Source: Alphaproteobacteria bacterium
Lineage (GTDB): Bacteria; Pseudomonadota; Alphaproteobacteria; Caulobacterales; Caulobacteraceae
Assembly (NCBI GenBank): GCA_018820275.1
Contig: JAHJOO010000056.1
Span: 25,628-89,627, forward strand
Reading direction: 5' to 3'
Length of the DNA stretch: 64,000 nucleotides
Shown here: positions 34,036 through 44,118 of the stretch, piece by piece
Layout: the number at the start of each line of letters is the position of its first letter
How positions within the stretch are numbered: the stretch's first letter is position 1
The notes under the pieces: model-generated
What the model was told of the DNA's origin: nothing
Seen by the model: the letters and a program-made list of their open reading frames with translations, nothing else
Database searches by the model: none
Made by a program: the position numbers and the translations under genes

Positions 34036-34343
34036 TGCGCGCAGCCTCTAGCATCCATCAGGGCCCCGCCGCCACGTCCGACGGCGCGTCCCAAGCTGCC
34101 GCCGCCGTCGAGCGGATGACCACCGGTGAAGTTTTGGCGCTGGCCCGCATCTCCCGGGCCACCCTTTGGCGCCGCATCAGCTGCGGGCGCCTGCCGCGTC
34201 CGGTCGACCAAGCGCGCCAGGCGCTGTTCCTGAAGGCTGACGTCCTCCAGGCCCTCGCCGCCGTCCGCCAGTCCGACTCAATCAGTGTTGCAATCGAGCA
34301 ACGGCTGGAGGCGCTGCGCCAGCGCCGTCAAAAACAAGCTTGA
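34035..34343 (+). CDS. AlpA / excisionase-like small DNA-binding protein
   Basis: MTTGEVLALARISRATLWRRISCGRLPRP is an AlpA-type HTH. The gene has an ATGA overlap with the previous gene and lies immediately upstream of an integrase. Confidence 0.55.
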   Translation: MRAASSIHQGPAATSDGASQAAAAVERMTTGEVLALARISRATLWRRISCGRLPRPVDQARQALFLKADVLQALAAVRQSDSISVAIEQRLEALRQRRQKQA

Positions 34344-34346
34344 TTA

Positions 34347-34398
34347 TGGGCAACACACAGAATAAACCGCCATCATCATTCTGGGCAACACACAGAAT
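34347..34398. repeat. Two copies of the 17-bp direct repeat TGGGCAACACACAGAAT, upstream of integrase 1
   Basis: The exact copies lie at 34347-34363 and 34382-34398, a 35-bp period. Confidence 0.85.
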
Positions 34399-34432
34399 GA
34401 AAGGAGATGATCACGAACAAGGAGGACTGAAG

Positions 34433-35701
34433 ATGAAGAACTACGGACCCTGCGTGACTGTACGCCCGCGCAAAGGCGGCATCGTGAAGTTTCGCTTCGA
34501 GGTGCGGCGCAACCGCCCGGAGGACTGGCCCGCCACCCGCACGATCCTCGTCAACGGGCGCGACGGGGTGAAGCTGGCGGACATGACCCCGCAGATGGAG
34601 GCGGAAGTCGAACGTCAGGCCGAGGCCCTGTTTCGCCAGCTCGGGCAGCTGCGCGCGCTCGAAAACGCCGAATTGCCGCGGCCGCCGAAGATCGAACGTT
34701 CATGGGAGGAGCTGATCGCGCTGCGCCGCGAACACTCTAACTGGCAGCGCCTGAAGCCGGCGTCGCGCGCCACCTATGCGTCCGTCCAGAAGCGGATCGT
34801 CGAACTTCTGGGCTGGGACCCCGCGCTGGCACCGTCCACCATCCTGGAATCGCAGATCGACCGCATCTTCCTGAAGCGGATGGTCAGCCCCTATCGCCGC
34901 AAGGCGCTTTATCTGGAAACGCGCCGCCTGCTGGAGAAGGCGGTCCGCGAGAACTGGCGCGATCCGGCGCTCACGATCACCTACAGCGGCACCCTGCCGG
35001 AATCGGAGCTGCGGGTGTGGACGGCGGACGATCTGCGCTGTGCCGTCACCCAGGCAATCACCGACGGAGAGCGCGGGCTGGCGCGCCTGCTCCTGACCCA
35101 GTGGGAGATCGGCCAGCGTCTGCAGAGCGTGCGCTTCTTCCGCTACGGCTATCAGTACGAGAACGGCTGCTTCTTCTACAAATGCCGCAAGACGGGCCGT
35201 GAAATCCGCATCGAGGTGAAGAACCCGCGGGCCCGCGCGGTGCTGGACGCGACCTATGAGCATGGCGCCTACATGTTTCCCAGCGCGGAGGACGGAAAGC
35301 CTTTCACGGGCGTCCAGCTGACCAAGGCCTTCACGCGCCTGCGCCGCCAGCTCAAGGGCTTCGACCCCAAGCTGCAGTTGCGCCAGCTGCGTCACACCGT
35401 GGTGCTCGAGCTGGCCCTAGCCGGCTGCAACATCCCGGAGATCGCCTCCATCACCTCGCACAATCTGGCGACGGTGCACCACACGCTGAAGCACTATCTG
35501 GCCAAGGACTCCGAACTGGCCGACCGGGCGATGGAGAAGCGCGAACGCCGCCGCCTGGAGCAGGTGTCGGGCCTGAGCGGCGAAGTCATCGTCGATGGTG
35601 CCCGCCGCATCTACATTGGCGATCTGCCCAAGGCGGAGACGCCGCAAGGTCCGCCGGCTACGAAGGGCCGTCCGGGAAAAGCGTCCGATGAAGAGCGCTG
35701 A
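34433..35701 (+). CDS. Tyrosine recombinase / integrase 1
   Basis: The C-terminal catalytic region LRQLRHTVVLELALAGCNIPEIASITSHNLATVHHTLKHYL carries the R...H..R/H...Y pattern. A strong RBS (AAGGAGG) lies 7 nt before the ATG. Confidence 0.8.
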   Translation: MKNYGPCVTVRPRKGGIVKFRFEVRRNRPEDWPATRTILVNGRDGVKLADMTPQMEAEVERQAEALFRQLGQLRALENAELPRPPKIERSWEELIALRREHSNWQRLKPASRATYASVQKRIVELLGWDPALAPSTILESQIDRIFLKRMVSPYRRKALYLETRRLLEKAVRENWRDPALTITYSGTLPESELRVWTADDLRCAVTQAITDGERGLARLLLTQWEIGQRLQSVRFFRYGYQYENGCFFYKCRKTGREIRIEVKNPRARAVLDATYEHGAYMFPSAEDGKPFTGVQLTKAFTRLRRQLKGFDPKLQLRQLRHTVVLELALAGCNIPEIASITSHNLATVHHTLKHYLAKDSELADRAMEKRERRRLEQVSGLSGEVIVDGARRIYIGDLPKAETPQGPPATKGRPGKASDEER

Positions 35702-36296
35702 ACACACGCGTGTGCAGCCTGATCGTCGTCTGCACGGGAGCGACTTCCTCGAAGCCCCGCTCGGCCTGATCCCTCAGGACAAAGGTCCTGGACGCCACCT
35801 TGGTCCCTCGCCCGGTTCCCCGGGCGAGGGTGAGGGTGGAGATCCCGTCTGGCCGCTCGAGGGTAGCCAGAGCAGCGTAGCCGGAACCGTCCCCTCCGAC
35901 GACGACAAAGCCGCTGGGCCGGTCACTCTCCCGGACATTAGCGGCCGGATCCATCAGGCCGCCCAGCTCGATCATGCACGCCAAAGCCTCACCCAGGGTG
36001 ACCGCGCGCTTGAAACCCGCCAGCTCCGGAGCGGTCAAGGCGCCGGTCTCAAGCACGAAGACCGCGTCTGCGAGCTCTTGAGCGGCCTGGGCTGCTTGGG
36101 CGGGCTGAAATGCGCCGTAGAACCCCAGGGTCAGAGCCGCTGCATCCCGAGCCGTCATCTCGGAAGCTCCGCGGCCCCGCTTGGTCGTCTGGATCAGGCC
36201 AGCCTCACGGACCGCCCTTGCGACGTGATCAACCGCGCCTCGCGGACGGTCGTCGATCGCCGCCACGGCGTCGACCAGAGCAGGCAGCCGGGCCAT
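35658..36296 (-). CDS. Hypothetical protein (212 aa)
   Basis: This ORF is divergent from the second integrase module. The N-terminus (VARAVREAGLIQTTKRGRGASEMTARDAAALTL) resembles proteins seen next to alphaproteobacterial prophage integrases, from recollection only. Confidence 0.4.
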   Translation of the reverse strand: MARLPALVDAVAAIDDRPRGAVDHVARAVREAGLIQTTKRGRGASEMTARDAAALTLGFYGAFQPAQAAQAAQELADAVFVLETGALTAPELAGFKRAVTLGEALACMIELGGLMDPAANVRESDRPSGFVVVGGDGSGYAALATLERPDGISTLTLARGTGRGTKVASRTFVLRDQAERGFEEVAPVQTTIRLHTRVFSALHRTLFPDGPS

Positions 36297-36349
36297 CCGA
36301 TTTTCACTCCAGCGCCCGCAGGCGCGTCATCAGGGAGACTGTTCAATCT

Positions 36350-36772
36350 GTGTCATACCCAGAAAAGGTCCCTGGCGTCCAGCGCGCTGATCCTTCGCCG
36401 CGCATTCAACGCCGGCCCTCCCCCGCCGACTGGGGCGACGAGGAACCGCTCACGCTCCGTGAAGCGCTCGATCTTTTTTACCCCGACGGGCCGCTCACGC
36501 TCACGTCGTTCCGGACAGCCATACGCCAAGGCCACCTGCGCGCGGTCAAACGGCTGGGCCAATGGTGGGTCACGCCGGCGGCTGTGCGCGGCTTGTTCGA
36601 GCTTCAGGAATGGGTAGGCCGCGAAAAGGCGCGCGCCTTTACCTCCGGGCAGGGCGCGTCGACCGGCGCACCGGACGTCCGCTCGCCCCCATCTACTTCA
36701 TCCGGGACGGCGATAAGAACATCAGCACGGGCTGCGGCCCGGAACGCCTTGAAGAAGCTGAAATCGCCCTAG
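36350..36772 (+). CDS. Putative small HTH DNA-binding protein with a GTG start and uncertain extent
   Basis: LTLREALDLFYPDGPLTLTSFRTAIRQGHLRAVKRLGQWWVTPAAV is an excisionase/MerR-like HTH. The frame runs about 160 nt into the integrase-2 ORF. Confidence 0.3.
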   Translation: MSYPEKVPGVQRADPSPRIQRRPSPADWGDEEPLTLREALDLFYPDGPLTLTSFRTAIRQGHLRAVKRLGQWWVTPAAVRGLFELQEWVGREKARAFTSGQGASTGAPDVRSPPSTSSGTAIRTSARAAARNALKKLKSP

Positions 36773-37842
36773 CGGAGTATGTCACGGCGCGGCAGGCGGC
36801 CCTGCGTCCCAAGGGACGGGCCCAGGATCCTGAAGATGTCCTGATCGACGAGGTGGTCGCCCTCTACGCTCTGGAGAAGGCGCCCAAGGCCGCCGATCCC
36901 AAGGCGGTGGCCGCTCGGCTCGGCGCGATCCTCGACTGGTGGTCGGGGCGGACATTGGGCCACGTGCGCCGCAGCACCTGTCTGGCCTATGTCGCTCATC
37001 GCGTTCAACAGCCGGTCAAGTCGTTTAAAGACCCGTCGCGCGCGCGGCTGGTGTCGGCGGCGGGGGCGCGCCGTGAGCTCGAAGACTTGTCGGCGGCGAC
37101 GAGCTGGTGGGCCGCCGAGCATCCCCTGACCCGCAAGGTGACGTTCACCTATCCGGAAACGGGGGGCGAAAGCTCCCGCGACGCGCTTAGCCGCGCCCAA
37201 GTCGCGGCCCTGTTGCGTGCGGCGCGTGGCGCGCGGTTCCGCGATGGACGCTGGGAGCCGACCGCCGCCTCGACGCGGTCGAACCGCGCGCACCTGACGC
37301 GCTTTGTGCTGCTGGGCGTCTACACCGGCAGCCGCCCCGGCGTGCTTCCCAAGCTGCGGTGGTCGCCGTCAGACGACAGCGCCTGGGTCGATCTGGACCG
37401 GGGCTGGATCTTCCGCCGAGGTCGGCGCGAACCAGACAAGCCGAACAAGCGCCGTCCGATGCACCGCATTCCCAAACGGCTTCTCGCCCACCTGCGCCGG
37501 TGGCGCCGCCAGGACGACGCGCTGAACGCCGAGCGCGCCGAGCATGGGTTGGCCCCCGTCGAAACCGTCCTGCACCACGGCGGGCGGTCTCTGAGGGGCA
37601 GGGTCCGCACCGGTTACGAAGGGATCGTCGCCGATGCAGGGCTTCCCGAGGACGTTACGCCGCACTGGCAGCGCCACACCTGCGCGACCTGGCTCATGGA
37701 GGCCAACGTGCCGCTGTCGCGGGCGGCGCAGTACCTGGGCATGACCGTCCGCACGCTCGAAAAGCACTACGGCCACCACAGGCCGGATCACCAGTCCGAC
37801 GTCGGCCGCGCGCTGGCGCGCGGCGGCCGCGAACAACCCTGA
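36610..37842 (+). CDS. Tyrosine recombinase / integrase 2
   Basis: The N-terminus (MGRPRKGARLYLRAGRVDRRTGR...YFIRDGDKNISTGCG) is typical of an alphaproteobacterial integrase family. The C-terminus (HWQRHTCATWLMEANVPLSRAAQYLGMTVRTLEKHYGHH) is the catalytic region. Confidence 0.8.
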   Translation: MGRPRKGARLYLRAGRVDRRTGRPLAPIYFIRDGDKNISTGCGPERLEEAEIALAEYVTARQAALRPKGRAQDPEDVLIDEVVALYALEKAPKAADPKAVAARLGAILDWWSGRTLGHVRRSTCLAYVAHRVQQPVKSFKDPSRARLVSAAGARRELEDLSAATSWWAAEHPLTRKVTFTYPETGGESSRDALSRAQVAALLRAARGARFRDGRWEPTAASTRSNRAHLTRFVLLGVYTGSRPGVLPKLRWSPSDDSAWVDLDRGWIFRRGRREPDKPNKRRPMHRIPKRLLAHLRRWRRQDDALNAERAEHGLAPVETVLHHGGRSLRGRVRTGYEGIVADAGLPEDVTPHWQRHTCATWLMEANVPLSRAAQYLGMTVRTLEKHYGHHRPDHQSDVGRALARGGREQP

Positions 37843-37861
37843 ACAGCAACGGAGGACCTGC

Positions 37862-38343
37862 ATGAAACCAACGACATCACCTCTCCCAACCCACAACGGA
37901 ACCCCCGGATCGCAGGGCTCCGGTCGAAAAACTTTGACGTTCATGATCCCGGGGGAGGCGCGGGCGAAGGCGCGGCCTCAGGTTCGGTCGTTCGCCGGGC
38001 GGCCGCAGATGTATAAGGACCGGGTCACAGCCACGTTCGAGAACTGGGTGCGGCTGCACGCTGAAGAAGCGCTTGGCGATGCGCCGCGCTTCGAGGGCCT
38101 GTCGCGATGAGCATCGAAGTCATCACCGAGCCCGCCAAGTCGCACAGCGCGCGGAAAAGGAAGGAAATGATCGAGGGACGCATCAAGCCGACGCGGTATC
38201 CGGACCTGGATAATGTCGTGAAATCCGTCATCGACGGATGCAGCCGCTCAACGATCAGGGACGACGTCCTGGTGGTGGCGATCACCGCCTCGAAGTCCTA
38301 CGGCGAGCGGGCGGCCACGTTCGTGTCCATCGCCGAGGTCTGA
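37862..38343 (+). pseudogene. rusA: RusA-family Holliday-junction resolvase, split into two ORFs by an apparent 1-nt frameshift
   Basis: ORF 37862-38110 has a RusA-like N-terminal half (IPGEARAKARPQV). ORF 38107-38343 has the C-terminal half (KPTRYPDLDNVVKSVIDGC...DDVLVV). The junction GGCCTGTCGCGATGAGC would read through (GPVAMS) with one extra C. Confidence 0.6.
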
Positions 38344-38462
38344 CCCTTGAACGGCTTTGGGGCGCCACTGCAGCCTTGCGGAAAGCCGGACGCGCTGCAG
38401 GGCGGGTCCTCTGATCCGCACCGCCGCATGGGGCCTGTCTAGCCGCGGCGGCCGCCCCGCCC

Positions 38463-39209
38463 CTAGTGGGGGGCCTGACGGGCGATCACCGCCTCTTTAT
38501 GGAACCCGGCGTTGTCCAGCCGGCGGGCGAAATCCGTCAACGCCTCAGGGGGACCGTGCCGCCGGAGCGCTTCGATCGCGATGGCCAGAAGCGTCTGATT
38601 GTCCTCGGTGAGCTCCCCGCCGGGGCCTCGCTTCAAGTCGCGGATGAAGGGATCCATCCAGGCGGCGTCGCCGCCAGACGGCGCTGCAATTTCCCCGTTC
38701 GGCCGCCCGGCCGCTGCCTCCGCTCCAACAGCGCCAGCCTGGTAAGATCGCCGGGGATGCTCGATCGCACGTCTCGCGTCGGAGGCCGTGAACTCGGCGC
38801 GCACGGTTTCCCCGTTGGGGCCGGAATACTCGAAGCGCACATCGCTGTCTGACTGGGCGGCGAGCTGGAAGATCTCCACGGCCGACCGGTTGCCAGCGGC
38901 GCGGCTGGCCTGATCGACCCCGTGGTCACGGGTCAGGGCCACATGCTTGCCGACGATCTCCGCGAAATCGTGCAGGGTGACGGCCACGGCGGCGATGGTG
39001 AAGCCGGTCTTCAGAACCTTGAAAATGATCTTTAGTGAGCCGCTGTCTGCCCGGGCGATGATGAGTTCGCCGCCTCTGGTCTGACGTTTGTACTCCGACG
39101 CCAGAGCCCTCAGAACTTCGCTCAGCTGCGCGGCGCTGACCGGCTCGCGGTTGTCCAGGTAGAGGGTCAGGGATCCAGGAGCAAAGGCATCATCCTCAAT
39201 CGGCGTCAT
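38463..39209 (-). CDS. Hypothetical protein (248 aa) immediately downstream of the short pAgo
   Basis: Its start lies 14 nt after the pAgo stop on the same strand. No family was recognised. The ATG was chosen within a longer GC-driven ORF. Confidence 0.55.
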   Translation of the reverse strand: MTPIEDDAFAPGSLTLYLDNREPVSAAQLSEVLRALASEYKRQTRGGELIIARADSGSLKIIFKVLKTGFTIAAVAVTLHDFAEIVGKHVALTRDHGVDQASRAAGNRSAVEIFQLAAQSDSDVRFEYSGPNGETVRAEFTASDARRAIEHPRRSYQAGAVGAEAAAGRPNGEIAAPSGGDAAWMDPFIRDLKRGPGGELTEDNQTLLAIAIEALRRHGPPEALTDFARRLDNAGFHKEAVIARQAPH

Positions 39210-39223
39210 CGTCCAAGCGGCCC

Positions 39224-40780
39224 TCAGATATAGAATTTGAATGGTTGTTTCTCGGCGCCTGCAGCGCTGCCCATGACCAGGATGTCCCCGACCTTGTCGG
39301 CAAACCGGATTGTCACAGGCATGGCGTCGCTGAAGTTGCAGGCGTTGTAGTTGATCTTGGTCAAACCCAGAATGTCGGTAAGCACCGCGCCGATCTGGGG
39401 CAGTCCGTTTGAGGCTCTCAACACCGTCACGTAGAGAGGGTTGGGCGTCTCGGGGCCGAGATAGGTGTCGATCCGCGGCGCGTAACCCGATGCCCACAGA
39501 TAGGCGTCGCGCTCGCCCAGGATCAGCGCTGTGCCCCGCAGGCAAGGATAGTCGCCGTCGCGGAAAAGCTTGGTTTCGCCATAGGTCGATTTGATACGGA
39601 CGCCGACGACATTGGTTTCCTGCGGCGCGGCTTCCACGAAGGCCTCCCACTCCTCATCGTTGAAGCTCGTGCGGCCATGGATGAAGAGCTCCGCGGGGTA
39701 GGCACCGAACTTCAACTTGTAGGTCTCCACCACCATGGAGAGGAGGTTTTTTGCGACAGCGCCGGAGAGATGAAACTCCTTCTCCCGCGTCTGCCAGGGT
39801 CCGTTCGCTCCGCGGAACACCACGCCGTCGCCCTCGCTCAGGAACATCTGGGCGGCGCAGCACACATAGTTCTGGGGGTGGTTGGGCAGCAGCTTGAAGA
39901 CGAGACCCACATAGCAGACCCCCGGTCTCATATCCGCAATGCGCCAAGGCGGGCTGCCTTGGGTCTTGTAAAAGAGGCCGGTCGCCAAGTTCCAAGCCAC
40001 CGTCGCCTCGTCCTGGGTGCCGCGGCGCGGATAGCCGGCGGCGTTCAAGAACTCCTGCGGCGCCAGCGTCGTCTCCCTCACGAGCTGGGAGGGCGCAGCC
40101 AGTTTGAGCAGCCGCGCCTTGATCTGCCGGTGGAAGTCGGGAACGTCGTCGAACACCTGCTCCAGCGACTGGTCGATGACGCCCGCCAGAAGGGGCAGAT
40201 CAGACCGGCTGGCCTGCTTCTTCCCATGCTCGCCGGGCGTGAGATCGCCTTTGCGCCGCTTGCCCATGTTCGGGCGGCAGGTCTCGAAAACGATCTCTGG
40301 GACCACGAACACCCAGACATCGATGGCGACCTCCTCGTGCGCCGCGTGCCGTTCGACCGGCGCGAGAAAGAGGTCAGCGGTCGCCGCAACCGCCTCATGG
40401 TGGTTGACCACATTCACCGTCTCGGCGATCCGGCCGCCGTCTATGGCGTAGGTCACGAGCTTTGCAGGGTCCAGGCGCAGGCCGAACGCCTCTTCTAGGC
40501 CAGGAAAATCGGACAGATGCAGCCGGTGCAGCTTGTCCCGCCGTCCTCGCGCCGGGATTTTCACTTCACCGCGCAAGACTTCAGCCCATTTCCGGAACAG
40601 GCTGAGGCCGTGCTGCGTGCCCACGACGCCAACGCGTATGTCGGGCCTGTCCGGGCCGTTTACCGGGCCGTAGAGATAGAGCCCGTCCTTGGGGTGATCC
40701 GACACCTGTCCATGCCTGAAACCCAGGCGAGGCTCTTCGATGTAGGTGGCTGGCAGCGAGGTTTCGGCGAAAACTGTCAT
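39224..40780 (-). CDS. Short prokaryotic Argonaute (MID-PIWI only)
   Basis: This 518-aa protein has PIWI-like blocks ([33 protein letters not shown]) and no N/PAZ region. It has an ATGA overlap with the upstream TIR-APAZ gene. Confidence 0.85.
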   Translation of the reverse strand: MTVFAETSLPATYIEEPRLGFRHGQVSDHPKDGLYLYGPVNGPDRPDIRVGVVGTQHGLSLFRKWAEVLRGEVKIPARGRRDKLHRLHLSDFPGLEEAFGLRLDPAKLVTYAIDGGRIAETVNVVNHHEAVAATADLFLAPVERHAAHEEVAIDVWVFVVPEIVFETCRPNMGKRRKGDLTPGEHGKKQASRSDLPLLAGVIDQSLEQVFDDVPDFHRQIKARLLKLAAPSQLVRETTLAPQEFLNAAGYPRRGTQDEATVAWNLATGLFYKTQGSPPWRIADMRPGVCYVGLVFKLLPNHPQNYVCCAAQMFLSEGDGVVFRGANGPWQTREKEFHLSGAVAKNLLSMVVETYKLKFGAYPAELFIHGRTSFNDEEWEAFVEAAPQETNVVGVRIKSTYGETKLFRDGDYPCLRGTALILGERDAYLWASGYAPRIDTYLGPETPNPLYVTVLRASNGLPQIGAVLTDILGLTKINYNACNFSDAMPVTIRFADKVGDILVMGSAAGAEKQPFKFYI

Positions 40781-42156
40781 GCGTCCGCTTCCTCTTCCTG
40801 GAAGCCTGTCAGGGTCGACCGGTCCGTCTCTTCGGCATCTTCACCCAGCTGGTGGGTCTGGCGGGCAGTGACCGGTGCGGTGAACTGAACCGGCATGGCG
40901 TCCAGCGTGATGCGGTCTCCGGAACCCACCGCGAGATCCACATAGGGGCTTTCTCCCGCCAGCAGCTCCATGAACGCCATCAGCCGCCCGTGCCAGGCCT
41001 TGTTACGCCAGCCCGAACAGATGGACCGGCGCAAGCGGAACTGCGCGCGCTTGTCCGAGATGACGACGGTCTTGTCCGGCCCCGTCAGGTCCGAGAACAG
41101 GACGCGGCCCTTCAGCTTTAAATGGGGGTAGGGGAAAAGGCTCGGGGTCGCGCTGACCCCGTATTCCCACACCCGGTTTTTGGCCTTGTTGCGCAACATG
41201 GAGTTGCGCCGCTCGCCCTGGCGGCCCCAGCTCACGCGCTTGCCCAGGCCGAGTTTCGTGGCGTCGACGTGAAAAGCGGTGGCTCCGGAGAACTCTCGGG
41301 CGAAGAAGCCTTCGCGGACGCAATGTTTCTCCCACGACTGACGCAGAAGATTGTTCAAGAGACCGTGGGCCTCACGGCTCTTGATACCCAAGGCCCCGGT
41401 GCCGTCTGACATGAAGTCTTCGAGGCCGATGCGGGCTTCGATCCGGAACCGTCCCACGGGGAGGAAATGCTCCTCCATCTCGAGTGGGGAGACGAAGCCG
41501 AGAAACCCTTGGCCGAAGCGGGCAAGAGGAAGGCTGAAGCTGCGGCCGAGACGGCCGAGCAGGGCGTCGTCAGCCGGGCTTGTGGGCGTCAGATAAGAGA
41601 TCTCATCGGGCATACTCATGATGCGCAGCCAGTTCGACGTCAGCGTCTCGGGCGAACGCTCCACGGCGATCGCCAACCGCCGCTGATAGGCTGACCAGGC
41701 CGGCTGGATTACGCCGCCGCCCGCTTTGACGACCCCTTGGCGGTCCAGCGATTTCAGCAGGGAGGTCAGTCCCGGCGCCCAGCCAGGACAGAAGTCCACA
41801 TACTGCAGACCGCCGATGCCGAAGACCTTTTTGAAAGGCTTGAGCCGCAGAGGAATAATGAAGTTCGGATCCTGAAGCTGTTTGACGAGATCCTCCGCGA
41901 TGCTGATCTCCTCACGGACCCCGCGCCGCTGGAGCGTCTCATCGCTGCAGCACAGCAGCATACGCGCCGCCCGCTCCTGGAGTGACGATGTCAACTTCCC
42001 CCGCCACTCGTCCCCTGCGTCAAGGCCCAGGATGTCGGCGAAGACCCGGTAGCCAGCGGCTTCCAGCCGCGGGGCCAGCCACAAGACGAACGCGTCGTCG
42101 CCAGGCGTCGCCTTAGAGATGAATATCGAATCGCGAAGGGCGGAATCGTTCTCCAT
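40777..42156 (-). CDS. TIR-APAZ protein, the SPARTA effector partner
   Basis: The N-terminal TIR-like domain ([31 protein letters not shown]...[21 protein letters not shown]) is followed by about 300 aa of APAZ-like region. The gene is translationally coupled to the short pAgo. Confidence 0.85.
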   Translation of the reverse strand: MENDSALRDSIFISKATPGDDAFVLWLAPRLEAAGYRVFADILGLDAGDEWRGKLTSSLQERAARMLLCCSDETLQRRGVREEISIAEDLVKQLQDPNFIIPLRLKPFKKVFGIGGLQYVDFCPGWAPGLTSLLKSLDRQGVVKAGGGVIQPAWSAYQRRLAIAVERSPETLTSNWLRIMSMPDEISYLTPTSPADDALLGRLGRSFSLPLARFGQGFLGFVSPLEMEEHFLPVGRFRIEARIGLEDFMSDGTGALGIKSREAHGLLNNLLRQSWEKHCVREGFFAREFSGATAFHVDATKLGLGKRVSWGRQGERRNSMLRNKAKNRVWEYGVSATPSLFPYPHLKLKGRVLFSDLTGPDKTVVISDKRAQFRLRRSICSGWRNKAWHGRLMAFMELLAGESPYVDLAVGSGDRITLDAMPVQFTAPVTARQTHQLGEDAEETDRSTLTGFQEEEADA

Positions 42157-42513
42157 ATGTACTGGATAGGGCTTCCGCTTTTGGTTGTCCCGGCAAAACC
42201 TTCTCTGACCGACGAACGTTTGAGGGCGTCGCTTGTTCGCTCAGTCTGCGTGGGCTGTGATAGCTCGATATTGACCAGCAACAGATGAGATCCATAGGGA
42301 CCGCTACGCACGAGTCAGCAGCCCCAGCAGGAGGAATGCCTCAGCACGGGCGCGCATGGGGACTTCGGCCATATGCTGTGGAGTTCGGCACACCTAGCCG
42401 AGCAGGCCGACACGAACTTAGGCTCAAGAGCGCGAAATTAGTTCGATCTGTCAAAAACGATGCGATCTATAGTAGTCGACAAATAGGTTGAACTGACGAA
42501 GGGGCGCAGTTGG

Positions 42514-44118
42514 ATGGGGGGTGAAGTGTCAAAATCGGCGCTGCTCGCCCATGCCCGATCCGCGGCCAAACACCTTTACGACCCGAAACATGCCCTGGAG
42601 GCACGTGCCGGCGTGTGCCTCGATCTGCTTTCAAAAGACGGTGCCGACGAGCGCCTTGATGGATTCCGGCGGGCTCTGCATGCATTGCCGATAGACGAAC
42701 GCCACTACTGGGTTGGAACGCTCTACACCCTGATGTTGCCAAGCAAGGTGCGGCGGTCGCAAGCCACATACTTTACGCCGCCTCCTGTGGCCGACGCCGT
42801 TGTCGAAATGGCGATTGCGGCTGGTTTCGATCTCGCCAAGGACGACGTGCTGGACCCCGCTGCCGGCGGGGCCGCCTTCCTCTCCACGCTCGCTGGTCGG
42901 ATGTCGATCGCTGAGCTGCCGCCACGCGAGGTATCGCACCGTCTGAACGGCATCGAGATCGACGAGGGCCTTGCGGTGCTTTCGCGTCGGCTGATTGCCG
43001 AACGCCTCGGCGCGCCGCTATCCCGCGAGGTTATCGTCTCAGGCGATGCGCTGCGTTACCCGATCCCAGCCTCATACGGCCTGGTCATCGCGAATCCCCC
43101 ATATGGCCGAGTATCGCTCGACGATGTCTCGGGCAACGCTTGGAAACACGTCGCGCACAGGGGTCACGTCAACAAGTACGCGTTGTTCACCGAGCTGTGT
43201 TTCCGACACGCTAAGCCGGGCGGGGTCGTCGCGCTCGTCATCCCTTCGAGCTTCCGGGCGGGTCCACTTTACGACCGCATGCGCACGTTCATCCGCTCGC
43301 AGGGCGAGGTGCTGAGCATTGGATCAATTGCTGGTCGCGACGGCGTCTTCGTCGACGTGGCGCAGGACATCAGTGTCTTGCTTGCGCGGAAGGGCAAGCC
43401 ACACCCTCGCGGCGCGATGGTATCGTTTCCGGTCATCGGGCGCGCGACCGCGACCGAGGCAGTCGTCGAGCAGGCATTGCCGCAGGAAGCTGGCGATGCA
43501 TGGCCGCTGCCAGCAGCGGATCCGCGCGACTACGGCGGCGCAACACTCGCCGATTACGGCGTCACGGCTCGCGCCGGATATTTCGTTTGGAACAGGGAGC
43601 GGGACAGGCTGGTCCAGAAGTTGGAGCGTCATCAGCGCGGCTACCCCCTCATATGGGCTAAAAATGTGCGCCTGCACGAATATTGCCGGCCCGCAGGCAA
43701 GAACAATGCGAGGGCAGATTTCGTCACGTTCGACGACGACAGCGCAGCGATCATCAAAACCGTAGCCGCCGTCATGCAGAGGACGACCAACGACAAGCAG
43801 CCGCGCCGCTTGATCGCCGCCATGGTCGATCCCGCAGTCATCGAAAAGTGGGGCGGGTTCGTGACTGAGAACCACACGATCGTGCTCACTGCGGACGATC
43901 CCGAGAAGCTGCGAACCGCCGTTGCCTTGCTCAACACCTCCGCGGTGGATCAGCGCTACCGGCGCGTGTCTGGCACCGCGGCTGTCTCCGTCACTCTCCT
44001 GCGGCAGCTGGATTTGCCAGAGCCGTCCGCCTTCGCATCCGCGCTCGTCAATGCAGGTGGCGACACCGAAATCGCTGCGATGACCGCCTATCGGCGGCTC
44101 GCGCTGGCAGACGCCTGA
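42514..44118 (+). CDS. N6-adenine DNA methyltransferase, Eco57I/gamma-class-like, in the DrmMI-like position
   Basis: The SAM motif VLDPAAGGAAFL and the catalytic motif IANPPYG (43093-43107) are present. Its stop overlaps the next start (TGATG). Confidence 0.85.
   Translation: MGGEVSKSALLAHARSAAKHLYDPKHALEARAGVCLDLLSKDGADERLDGFRRALHALPIDERHYWVGTLYTLMLPSKVRRSQATYFTPPPVADAVVEMAIAAGFDLAKDDVLDPAAGGAAFLSTLAGRMSIAELPPREVSHRLNGIEIDEGLAVLSRRLIAERLGAPLSREVIVSGDALRYPIPASYGLVIANPPYGRVSLDDVSGNAWKHVAHRGHVNKYALFTELCFRHAKPGGVVALVIPSSFRAGPLYDRMRTFIRSQGEVLSIGSIAGRDGVFVDVAQDISVLLARKGKPHPRGAMVSFPVIGRATATEAVVEQALPQEAGDAWPLPAADPRDYGGATLADYGVTARAGYFVWNRERDRLVQKLERHQRGYPLIWAKNVRLHEYCRPAGKNNARADFVTFDDDSAAIIKTVAAVMQRTTNDKQPRRLIAAMVDPAVIEKWGGFVTENHTIVLTADDPEKLRTAVALLNTSAVDQRYRRVSGTAAVSVTLLRQLDLPEPSAFASALVNAGGDTEIAAMTAYRRLALADA

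Noticed and set aside
42285-42491. A 68-aa ORF in the AT-rich spacer between the divergent SPARTA and DISARM-like operons.
   Set aside because: It has no RBS, odd composition and no family resemblance. The region is more plausibly the shared promoter and regulatory spacer.
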